Below are positions 17,698 to 26,057 of a stretch of DNA of 47,577 bases, piece after piece. Position numbers and translations under genes: made by a program. The DNA is taken from assembly GCA_036508635.1 (NCBI GenBank), contig DATCGY010000151.1, positions 1 to 47,577 on the forward strand. The letters are read 5' to 3'. The stretch's first letter is position 1. Each line of letters starts with the position of its first letter. Below the pieces are notes generated by a model that made no database searches, had not been told where the DNA came from, and was given only the letters and a program-made list of their open reading frames with translations. This DNA comes from Candidatus Anoxymicrobiaceae bacterium (GTDB lineage: Bacteria > Actinomycetota > Geothermincolia > Fen-727 > Anoxymicrobiaceae).

Positions 17698-18441
17698 TTG
17701 TCCAGGACGGGTATCATAGGCGATGTGCACGGGAACCTCGCAGCCCTTGAAGCCGTTATTTCCTGTGCCGAATGTGACTCATGGCTCTGTGTCGGTGACA
17801 TTGTAGGTTATGGACCGCAACCGAACGAGTGCACAGGGCGTGTGATGGAACTTGGGGCGTTGGCGGTTGTCGGAAATCACGACCTCGGTTCAATCGATAT
17901 GTTGAGCCTGGCCCCGTTCAACCAGGACGCGAGGCGTGCGTGCGAGTGGACCCGTCGTGTGCTCGACCAGCGAGCTCGGGATTTCCTCGGGTCCCTTACT
18001 GGGAAGTTGAGCGACCACGACATATTGCTCGTGCACGCCAGTCCGCGGGACCCGGCATGGGAATACGTGCTGACCGAGACACAGGCGTACGAAAATCTCC
18101 TGGAGTTCGAGGAGCACCTCTGCTTCAACGGCCACTCGCACGTACCCGAGGTATTCAGCATCGGGATTGGCGGGGAACCGGATCCCGATGACATTCAGAG
18201 CCTCACGCCTGACAATGGAGAGAGCGTCGAGATCGAAGCGGGCCGGAGGTACCTGGCTAACGTAGGCAGCATTGGCCAGCCACGCGATGGTGACCCGAGG
18301 GCGTGCTACGTTGTGCTCGATTCAGACAGGGGCCTGCTCTCATACCACAGGGTTCCTTATGAGGTATCACGAACGCAGCTCGCGATGAGGGAGGCGGGGC
18401 TTCCGTCTTTCCTGATCAGGCGCCTGTCGGTGGGCCGCTAG
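17698..18441 (+). CDS. Calcineurin-like metallophosphoesterase (YfcE/MJ0936-like)
   Basis: The motifs are GDVHGN, GDIVGYG, GNHD and GHSH. The start is taken at TTG 17698 or GTG 17695, just after GAGGGAG. Confidence 0.85.
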   Translation: MSRTGIIGDVHGNLAALEAVISCAECDSWLCVGDIVGYGPQPNECTGRVMELGALAVVGNHDLGSIDMLSLAPFNQDARRACEWTRRVLDQRARDFLGSLTGKLSDHDILLVHASPRDPAWEYVLTETQAYENLLEFEEHLCFNGHSHVPEVFSIGIGGEPDPDDIQSLTPDNGESVEIEAGRRYLANVGSIGQPRDGDPRACYVVLDSDRGLLSYHRVPYEVSRTQLAMREAGLPSFLIRRLSVGR

Positions 18442-18450
18442 GATGAAGCA

Positions 18451-20070
18451 ATGTTCAAGATGAACCGCAAGACGCTCGTGCTGGCGCTGTTGGCCATCGT
18501 TGCTCTAATGGTGCTCCTGCGCGTCTTTAACATCGGCCACGTGCTCGGATACGACGAGGCCTGGAACGCCAACTCGGTGATAGACGCAGCCACCGGCCAC
18601 ACGGGCGATGTCTTCTACGGCAACTTCCTGCGTCATCCTCCCCTGTATACGGGGCTCGGCACCGTCTACGCGATGATCACCGATACTGGCAGGATGGGAT
18701 TGTCGATAGCGATGGAGATGATCTCACTTATCTTCTCGGTCGGCCTCGTGATTGTGATATTTTTCTGCGCGCGAGACTGGTTCGATGACCTGACCGCGCT
18801 CTCGGCTGCTTTCCTGTTCGCTGTTGCGCCCGCCGCCCGGGTGTTCGATACGCTGTCCAAGCAGGAGTCGATGACCCTGTTTTTCGGTATGTGCTTCCTT
18901 CTGTTGTTCTTCCGACGCAAGTTCCTGTTTTCGGGCGTGTTCCTGGGGCTTTCGATGCTGACAAAGGAGATATTCATCTTCCTGCCGGCCGCTCTTTTCC
19001 TGTTTCTCCTTGTGGGTCGTCGGACCCGCGACATGAAGGGGTTCTTCGAAAGCCTTGGAACAGGCGTGCTGATGTCGTTCTGGTGGTACCTGTTCGTCTC
19101 CCGGAGCAGAGGCGAGTTTTTCCAGTTCTTTCTCGGCAGGAGCCAGGAGTCTCTCAACTGGCGCCAGCCCTGGCACTACTACCTCGGCCGGATACCACTC
19201 GATATGGGTTGGGTGACGGTCGTGCTGGCGGTGGCAGGACTGGCGTTCCTGGTCGTTCATATCCGTCGATCAGGTTGGCCCCGGGCCGTCCGCGCCGCGC
19301 GTGAGGACGCCGAGGACGAAGGCGAGCGTGCCGCCGTATCCAAAGGTGCTCATTGGGAGCGCGAATACCTGGGTGTGTCGAGATCCTACGAGATGGCACT
19401 CCTACCTGTGGTATGGATACTCTTCATCTACCTGTTCCTGTCGGTTTCACTCGGAAAGCCACCATGGCTCATATACGCGGCTATACCCGCTTTTGCTCTA
19501 CTCGGCGGCTGGGGCCTCTCCCAGACCGCGACCGCGCTTTCCGGGCGGCCCCGGATCGCGGCTGTGTTGGTGGTCGTTGCGCTCGCTGTCGCGCTGGCGT
19601 TTTCAATCCCGGTGGGATTCGGTGCTTACCTCAGGAAAGCCGACCCCACTTACGGTCATTCTCTGACCTACAAGAGCGCTGCCGACTACATGAACGGGCG
19701 GATGTCCTCGAGTGGCAGGGTGATGATAAGGCTCAACGATTTTACGCCGAACATCGCTTTCTATCTGAAGAGCTACAAGCCTGACTCGATAGCGGAACTT
19801 CCGAGCGACCCTTCGAGAGGCGACCGTACCCTGACAGGGAACTCTACCGTTGTTATATCTGGACGGGATGCCACGGTGAACGAGGTGGCGGGACACGTCC
19901 TGAACGCCCACCCGGATTTTCTGATGATAAGGCCGGGCTTCACTGGAGCGGATGGGTACGATCCAGCGCTCGTGCTTGCGCGATTCGCTCAGCCGGTAAA
20001 GATAGACGGCGTCTGGGTGTTTGACGGGCATGCGCTGGCTTCGGCCCTGCAGGCCGCGGGAAACCGTTGA
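18451..20070 (+). CDS. GT-C glycosyltransferase, ArnT/PMT (GT39/GT83)-like, second copy in this locus
   Basis: The protein is polytopic, with a first-loop motif GYDEAWNANS, FLRHPPLYT, and a soluble C-terminal domain. Confidence 0.7.
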   Translation: MFKMNRKTLVLALLAIVALMVLLRVFNIGHVLGYDEAWNANSVIDAATGHTGDVFYGNFLRHPPLYTGLGTVYAMITDTGRMGLSIAMEMISLIFSVGLVIVIFFCARDWFDDLTALSAAFLFAVAPAARVFDTLSKQESMTLFFGMCFLLLFFRRKFLFSGVFLGLSMLTKEIFIFLPAALFLFLLVGRRTRDMKGFFESLGTGVLMSFWWYLFVSRSRGEFFQFFLGRSQESLNWRQPWHYYLGRIPLDMGWVTVVLAVAGLAFLVVHIRRSGWPRAVRAAREDAEDEGERAAVSKGAHWEREYLGVSRSYEMALLPVVWILFIYLFLSVSLGKPPWLIYAAIPAFALLGGWGLSQTATALSGRPRIAAVLVVVALAVALAFSIPVGFGAYLRKADPTYGHSLTYKSAADYMNGRMSSSGRVMIRLNDFTPNIAFYLKSYKPDSIAELPSDPSRGDRTLTGNSTVVISGRDATVNEVAGHVLNAHPDFLMIRPGFTGADGYDPALVLARFAQPVKIDGVWVFDGHALASALQAAGNR

Positions 20071-20192
20071 CACCTGGCGGAAGTCTTAATGTACGAGTGA
20101 TGACAACGCTCGGTGTGTGCTCAATCACATTGCGGTAAAATATCGCGGTTGGTTGCTTGTTAGCGACTGCGAGATAGTCCCGGAGGATGAGA

Positions 20193-20867
20193 ATGAACAT
20201 GAAGAAAGCGTTCTTGGTGGCGGCCGCCTGCGCCCTTTCAATAATCTTACTAAGCGTATTTCTGCCTGGCTGTGGAAAGAAGCAGACTGTCACCGAGGGA
20301 ACGGACACGGAGGGCAGGCCACAGAAGGTAACCGCCTACGAAGCCGTGCAGTATTGTAAACCCGCAGCGAACAAGTGGCAGTCCAACAACTGGATGATCC
20401 AGGTCAGGGACGGGGACCCCGACGGCATCGGGCGCGACGGCAAAGGCAAGATATGGGAGGTCTACTTCTTCTCGCCGACACCGGAGGAGGACAACCAGCT
20501 ACTGGTGCAGTACAACCGTGGGTACGTGTGGCCGAGCGCACCCACCAGGAACAAGGGCGGGGATAACGGCACGACGGTGTACACTAAGGAGAAGCCGAAG
20601 GACTTCCGCGTGGATTCCCCGGAGGCTTACACCGTCGGCCAGCGTAACGGTGGCGGCGAGTACTCTGACGCGCACCCTGACTCTATCGCACACGTCACTT
20701 TGCGGTGCAAGGCTGACTACGATTCCGTGGCCGAGAAGATGCCTGCTCCGAAATATAAGTGGATATGGGACGTCTACTATCGCCAGCCGCAGATTGGTGC
20801 GGAATCGCTGCACGTCTACGTCGATGGCATGACGGGCGAATTTATAGCAAAGGAGACCAAGAAGTAG
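20193..20867 (+). CDS. Lipoprotein with PepSY-like repeats
   Basis: The signal peptide plus lipobox is LSVFLPGCG. The C-terminal VDGMTGEFI resembles the PepSY signature. The start is ATG 20193, 6 nt after GGAGG. Confidence 0.6.
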   Translation: MNMKKAFLVAAACALSIILLSVFLPGCGKKQTVTEGTDTEGRPQKVTAYEAVQYCKPAANKWQSNNWMIQVRDGDPDGIGRDGKGKIWEVYFFSPTPEEDNQLLVQYNRGYVWPSAPTRNKGGDNGTTVYTKEKPKDFRVDSPEAYTVGQRNGGGEYSDAHPDSIAHVTLRCKADYDSVAEKMPAPKYKWIWDVYYRQPQIGAESLHVYVDGMTGEFIAKETKK

Positions 20868-21016
20868 AAGGCTTGAGGGCAAGCGCGCGAAGGCCGTCAT
20901 GAGGTTATGGCCATCCGGAGCCTTCCACGGTTTTCCAGGCCGAGCGAACTGTCTTGCGCTTATCCATCAACCCCCGATGTGATATTGTATTAATCGATAC
21001 GTTCGGGGGTTTAATG

Positions 21017-21049
21017 CCCTCTCCGCGCGGAGGGGGTATAGTTTTTATT
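21017..21049 (+). terminator. Intrinsic-terminator-like hairpin between the lipoprotein gene and metK
   Basis: The sequence ccctctcc-gcgc-ggaggggg forms an 8-bp stem with one G-U pair, followed by tatagtttttatt. Confidence 0.45.
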
Positions 21050-21074
21050 AACCGCAAATCGCATGGGGGTAGAC

Positions 21075-22268
21075 ATGTCGGAAAAATGGCTCTTTACGTC
21101 GGAATCCGTGACAGAGGGGCATCCAGATAAAGTATCCGATCAGATCAGCGACGCGATACTCGACGCGATACTCGCTGAAGACCCAACGGCACACGTCGCC
21201 TGCGAGACTCTTACGACAACCGGCCTCGTGGTCGTCTCGGGCGAGATAACAACCGATAGCTACGTGGATATCCCGGGGGCGGTGCGCAGGACCATCGAGG
21301 AGATCGGTTACACCCGCGCCAAGTATGGTTTTGACTTCGAGACGTGCGCCGTACTCACTTCGATAGACCCGCAGTCACCAGACATCGCCCAGGGAGTCGA
21401 TTCCGCGGCGGAGGTGAGGGTTGAAGTGAGCGACGACAATCTCGACAAGATGGGCGCCGGCGATCAGGGGATGATGTTCGGTTATGCGTGCAGGGACTGC
21501 GAAGAGCTGATGCCCCTGCCCATCATGCTGGCTCACAAGCTCGCACGCCGGCTGGCCGACGTCAGGAAAGCCGATGTGCTCCCTTACCTGCGTCCGGACG
21601 GAAAGACCCAGGTCACGGTCGAGTACGAGGGAGACAGGCCGGTCCGTGTGAAAAAGATAGTCATCGCCGCACAGCATGGGCCTGATGTGGACATCGTCGA
21701 CCTTCTCACGCCGGACCTGAAGGAGCACGTGGTCAAGCCGATAATTCCCGTTGAGCTTATAGACGAGAGCACCGAAGTCCTGATCAACTGCACCGGTAAG
21801 TTCGAGCAGGGAGGGCCGAAGGCAGACACCGGTCTTACCGGCCGCAAGATAATCGTAGATACGTACGGTGGAATGGCTCGACATGGCGGTGGCGCTTTTT
21901 CCGGAAAAGACCCATCGAAGGTTGACCGCTCCGCATCGTACGCGGCTCGATGGGTCGCAAAGAACGTCGTTGCGGCCGGGCTAGCGGACCGGTTCGAGGT
22001 ACAGCTTGCCTACGTAATCGGTGTGGCGCACCCCGTCTCGATAAGCTGCAACGCGTTCGGGACCGAAAAGATCGAGACCTCCCGGATCACGGAGCTCATC
22101 GAGTCGACGTTCGATCTCAGGCCAGCCGCGATCATAAGGGACCTGAAGCTGCTCAAACCTATATACAAAAAGACGGCGGCGTACGGACATTTCGGACGCC
22201 ACGAGGAAGGTTTTACCTGGGAAAGAACTGATAGAGCGGATATACTCAAGAACGAAGCGGGGCTCTAG
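21075..22268 (+). CDS. metK: S-adenosylmethionine synthetase
   Basis: The motifs are [26 protein letters not shown] and [16 protein letters not shown]. The start is moved to the ATG 6 nt after GGGGG. Confidence 0.97.
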   Translation: MSEKWLFTSESVTEGHPDKVSDQISDAILDAILAEDPTAHVACETLTTTGLVVVSGEITTDSYVDIPGAVRRTIEEIGYTRAKYGFDFETCAVLTSIDPQSPDIAQGVDSAAEVRVEVSDDNLDKMGAGDQGMMFGYACRDCEELMPLPIMLAHKLARRLADVRKADVLPYLRPDGKTQVTVEYEGDRPVRVKKIVIAAQHGPDVDIVDLLTPDLKEHVVKPIIPVELIDESTEVLINCTGKFEQGGPKADTGLTGRKIIVDTYGGMARHGGGAFSGKDPSKVDRSASYAARWVAKNVVAAGLADRFEVQLAYVIGVAHPVSISCNAFGTEKIETSRITELIESTFDLRPAAIIRDLKLLKPIYKKTAAYGHFGRHEEGFTWERTDRADILKNEAGL

Positions 22269-22300
22269 ATCACTGAAGTTCATTTCCGGAGGTTGCCGGC

Positions 22301-22807
22301 TTGGAGCTGGAAATCAGGACAATCGGGGACCCCGTACTTCGAGAGAAGTGTCGCGAGGTCGACCAAGTGGATAGCGAGGTATCGAACCTCATCGATGACA
22401 TGATGGAAACGCTGGGTTCGGTGCCTGGACGTGCCGGACTCGCTGCTTCCCAGGTCGGGGTTCTGAAGAGATTGTTCGTCTACGACATCGGTTACGGGCC
22501 TCGCTGCCTCATAAATCCTGAGATGATCGAGACGGATAACGAGATCACTTGCGAGGAAGGTTGCCTGAGCATACCAGGTGTCTCTATATCTATTCCGAGA
22601 TTCGAGCGTATCAAGGTAAGGTGCCAGACTCCATCAGGGCACAATATCGTAGTGGAGTCGAGAGGTTTTACCGCGCAGGTGATGCAGCATGAATGCGACC
22701 ATCTCGAGGGCGTCATGATAATCGACCGGTGCGATCCCGAGGACAAGAAGAAAGCTCTCGAGGAGTACCAGGAGCTTGTTACGAAGAGAGCGCAGGCTAC
22801 TGCGTAG
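22301..22807 (+). CDS. def: Peptide deformylase
   Basis: The motifs are EGCLSIPG and HECDHLEG. The TTG start lies 8 nt after GGAGG. Confidence 0.95.
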   Translation: MELEIRTIGDPVLREKCREVDQVDSEVSNLIDDMMETLGSVPGRAGLAASQVGVLKRLFVYDIGYGPRCLINPEMIETDNEITCEEGCLSIPGVSISIPRFERIKVRCQTPSGHNIVVESRGFTAQVMQHECDHLEGVMIIDRCDPEDKKKALEEYQELVTKRAQATA

Positions 22808-22818
22808 AGGGTCTCAAA

Positions 22819-23763
22819 TTGGAAATAATCTTCTTTGGAAGCGATAGCTTTGCGTTAGAGCCGCTGGAGCGATTGATCGCCAGCGAGCATGAGTTGGTCG
22901 GGGTGGTCGGGCGGCCCGACAGACCGGTCGGCCGCGGGCTCAAGGAAAGTGCGACACCGGTTGTCGCCAGGGCGAGAGAGCTGGACCTGCGGATATGGCA
23001 ACCCGAGAGCCTGTCCGAGACGTCTTTCGGCGCAACCACCAGGGACGCGGAATGGGGTGCCGGTGTAGTCGTGGCCTACGGTGGGTTCATTCCGAGATGG
23101 CTGCTGGATGTCCCTCCGATGGGCTTTGTGAACCTCCACCCTTCACTGCTGCCGAGATACAGGGGCGCCGCCCCGATAAAAAGAGCTCTTATGAACGGGG
23201 CGAGCATTACGGGCGCTACCACAATCCGGATGAACGAGAGGCTGGACGCCGGTGACATCATGATGCATACCGAGGTCCCTATCGCTGATGACGATACCGC
23301 CGGAACGTTGAGCAGGCGGCTCGGACACCTTGGAGCAAGACTGCTCATCGATACAATCTACAAGCTCGAAGGTGGCACCCTTGAGCCGGTCCCGCAGGAG
23401 GAGGACAAGGCAACCAGCGCCCCCGCACTCCTGCCGGATGAGGGAAACATAGAATGGAGCCTGCCTGCCGAAAAGATTGACAGGCTGGTCAGGGCTCTCG
23501 ACCCTGAGCCTGGGGCGTACACGTTTTTCAGGGGTAAAAGGGTCAAGCTCTGGTCCGTCCAGGTAACCGACGTACCCCCCGAAGACGAGCCCGGAACGCT
23601 CATGAACATGGGCAAGGAAGGCTTCCTCGTGAACACCAGCACCGCTTGCCTGCGAGTCGTGTCGGTCCAGCCTGAGGGCAAGCAGCGTATGAGCGCGGGA
23701 GAGTTTTCACGAGGCCAGCGTCTGCTCATCGCCGAGCGCTTCACTGGCTCGCCGGAGCAGTGA
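22819..23763 (+). CDS. fmt: Methionyl-tRNA formyltransferase
   Basis: The sequence IIFFGSDSFA..., HPSLLPRYRGAAPI and the C-terminal fmt domain support the call. The track start of 22693 would overlap def, so the start is moved to TTG 22819. Confidence 0.93.
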   Translation: MEIIFFGSDSFALEPLERLIASEHELVGVVGRPDRPVGRGLKESATPVVARARELDLRIWQPESLSETSFGATTRDAEWGAGVVVAYGGFIPRWLLDVPPMGFVNLHPSLLPRYRGAAPIKRALMNGASITGATTIRMNERLDAGDIMMHTEVPIADDDTAGTLSRRLGHLGARLLIDTIYKLEGGTLEPVPQEEDKATSAPALLPDEGNIEWSLPAEKIDRLVRALDPEPGAYTFFRGKRVKLWSVQVTDVPPEDEPGTLMNMGKEGFLVNTSTACLRVVSVQPEGKQRMSAGEFSRGQRLLIAERFTGSPEQ

Positions 23764-23770
23764 GCCTGCC

Positions 23771-25108
23771 TTGGGTCGAGTCACGGCACCCGGCGAGGCT
23801 GCCAGAGATTGTGCCTTCGACATTCTCGTCGAATACGCTCACGCCGACACTTTTCTAAATTCCGTTTTGACAAAAGGCCTTTGCGCCTCAGGGCTCGAGA
23901 GACGCGACAGGGCGCTCATTACTGAGATCGTTCAGGGAACGGTTCGAATGAAACTCGCACTCGACTGCGCGATCTCCGGTTTTTCAAACCGCGAGCTTTC
24001 ATCGGTGGATGAGGGTGTGTTGTGGATTCTCAGGCTTACGGCTTACCAGCTCCTGTACACCTCCGTGCCGACGTATGCGGCTTGCGATATATCAGTCGGT
24101 CTGACCAGGCGCCGGTTGGGAGCCGGAGCCTCCGGTTACGTGAACGGTGTACTGAGGGCATTTGCGCGGGGTGCGGATGATATCGCATGGCCCGAGAAAG
24201 AGGACGACCCGGTATCTTACCTGGAGGTGTGCACGTCACACCCGCGCTGGTTAGTAGAGATGTGGATCGCGGAGCTGGGCCTGGCCAGAACGGAGACGCT
24301 TTGCGAAGCGGATAACAGGCAGCCCCGGTTGTCCCTGAGGTGCAACCTCGCTCGCTCGAGCAGGGAAGAGCTCCTGGCTAAGCTGATCGAGGCGGGCATC
24401 GAAGCACAGCCGGGTGACCTTGCGCCGGAAGCGCTGCTCGTCAGGGGAACCGGTTACCTCAACGACATTCCCGAGTTCGTCTCGGGGTTGTTCGCCGTGC
24501 AGGACCAGGGTTCGATAGTGGTGGGTCACAGGGTCGCACCCGAACCTGGGATGCGGGTCCTGGATATGTGCGCCGCTCCCGGAGGAAAGGCGAATCACCT
24601 GGCGGAGCTGATGCATAATAGTGGCCGCGTGCTGGCCATTGATATAAACCCCGGGCGGCTCGAGATGGTAGGCGAGTCCGCCACGAGACTGGGCAACTCT
24701 AGCGTTGAAACGATGGTCCAAGACGGCACCACGGCGAGCGCTGACCTGGGCGAAAGTTTCGACCGGGTGCTCGTAGACGCACCGTGCACCGGTCTCGGGA
24801 CTCTCGCCAGGAGACCCGATGCCCGGTGGCGGAAGTCCCCTGGCGACATAAGGAGATTGCCGGAGTTGCAGGGGGCGCTTCTCCAGGAGGGCGCACGTCT
24901 GACAACGCCCGGAGGCCTCCTTGTCTACTCGACCTGCACTATCTCACACCGCGAAAACCAGGAAGTGGTCAACGCGTTCATTGCGGGTGGTCAGGGAGAG
25001 AGCTTCAAATTAGTCTCGGACGAACGCGACGAAGTTTTCACCCAGATGTTCCCCGATGCCGACGGATGCGACGGCATGTTCGTGGCCGTGATGCGGCGAG
25101 AGACTTGA
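23771..25108 (+). CDS. rsmB: 16S rRNA (cytosine-C5)-methyltransferase RsmB/Sun
   Basis: An N-terminal NusB-like domain is followed by DMCAAPGGK, DAPCTGLG and YSTCT. Confidence 0.92.
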   Translation: MGRVTAPGEAARDCAFDILVEYAHADTFLNSVLTKGLCASGLERRDRALITEIVQGTVRMKLALDCAISGFSNRELSSVDEGVLWILRLTAYQLLYTSVPTYAACDISVGLTRRRLGAGASGYVNGVLRAFARGADDIAWPEKEDDPVSYLEVCTSHPRWLVEMWIAELGLARTETLCEADNRQPRLSLRCNLARSSREELLAKLIEAGIEAQPGDLAPEALLVRGTGYLNDIPEFVSGLFAVQDQGSIVVGHRVAPEPGMRVLDMCAAPGGKANHLAELMHNSGRVLAIDINPGRLEMVGESATRLGNSSVETMVQDGTTASADLGESFDRVLVDAPCTGLGTLARRPDARWRKSPGDIRRLPELQGALLQEGARLTTPGGLLVYSTCTISHRENQEVVNAFIAGGQGESFKLVSDERDEVFTQMFPDADGCDGMFVAVMRRET

Positions 25109-25205
25109 GGTATACCGCAACGGACAAAGAGTCTAATATTATCGTTTGAAATACAATCCGTGTGAGTGGCGTGTTTATGGGACCGGCACCATGTAAGGCT
25201 ATGAG

Positions 25206-25889
25206 ATGACAACTTACGCATTTCGAGATGACGGGTCGACGTACGCCAGGGATCTTCTCGAAGGCCTGGACTTGCTGGGCATACTTGCGGCCCCCGTTCA
25301 TGATACCGACGAGCTCTTCAACGACCATGACGAAGACCCGGCGGCCATCGTGCTCGTGAATCCCTCGTCTCAGATAGCGAGAGAAGTGAAGGACGCCATG
25401 AGCAGGATCGGCGGCTGGGTTGCCCGCATTCCGCTGATAGCCGCGATGGACAGTATGGAACGTCTCGAGGAACAGGTGGCTCTGCGCACCGTGGATGATT
25501 TCCTCGTATACCCCGGTGGCGCCGGTGAGTTGATCGCCCGCGCCAGGGTAATCGTGCTTAGACGCGGCGGCCAGGGGGACGTCGCGAACTTCGGTGCGCT
25601 AGTGATCAACCTCGAGGCCCACCAGGTAATGCTCGAAGGCAAGCCTGTCGATCTGACTTTCAAGGAGTTCGAGCTGTTGAGGACTCTCTCGTCCTCGCCG
25701 GGAAGAGTCTACACGCGCGAGGAGTTACTCAAGACCATCTGGGGGTATGATTACTTCGGTGGAACCCGCACGGTCGACGTCCACGTCCGGCGACTGCGAG
25801 CAAAGATCGAGCGGTCTTTCCGCTACATCGAGACGGTCCACAGTGTCGGATATCGGTTCGCGAGGTCCGGTTGGGGCAAGGATGCCTGA
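25206..25889 (+). CDS. glnR: Actinobacterial-type GlnR: an orphan OmpR-family nitrogen regulator with an atypical receiver domain
   Basis: The C-terminal sequence DLTFKEFELLRTLSSSPGRVYTREELLKTIWGYDYFGGTRTVDVHVRRLRAKIE...VHSVGYRF closely matches my recollection of Streptomyces/Mycobacterium GlnR. The receiver lacks the usual Asp, Thr and Lys residues. Confidence 0.8.
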   Translation: MTTYAFRDDGSTYARDLLEGLDLLGILAAPVHDTDELFNDHDEDPAAIVLVNPSSQIAREVKDAMSRIGGWVARIPLIAAMDSMERLEEQVALRTVDDFLVYPGGAGELIARARVIVLRRGGQGDVANFGALVINLEAHQVMLEGKPVDLTFKEFELLRTLSSSPGRVYTREELLKTIWGYDYFGGTRTVDVHVRRLRAKIERSFRYIETVHSVGYRFARSGWGKDA

Positions 25890-25960
25890 AGGCCTGGAAA
25901 CATCACCTGCGCGCGTGCAGGGGTCATGACTCGCCGGGAGCTCCGGGTCATCGCCGTGAT

Positions 25961-25998
25961 GTAACAACTTTTTCATTGGTTGGAAACATTTCTGAAAC
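25961..25998 (+). promoter_or_regulatory. Candidate GlnR box upstream of glnA (four 5-nt sites in an 11-nt register)
   Basis: The sequence is GTAAC-aacttt-TTCAT-tggttg-GAAAC-atttct-GAAAC. The published actinobacterial consensus is gTnAc-n6-GaAAc-n6-GtnAC-n6-GAAAc. The box ends 60 nt before the glnA ATG. Confidence 0.5.
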
Positions 25999-26057
25999 AA
26001 CCGTGACCTAAAATCACGATAACGAACGAGAGAGATCGCTATTACCTAGGAGGCGCA

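Noticed and set aside
22693-22818. The N-terminal extension of fmt proposed by the track (start 22693).
   Set aside because: It would overlap def by 115 nt. The fmt homology begins at IIFFGSDSFA, and an in-frame TTG at 22819 fits.
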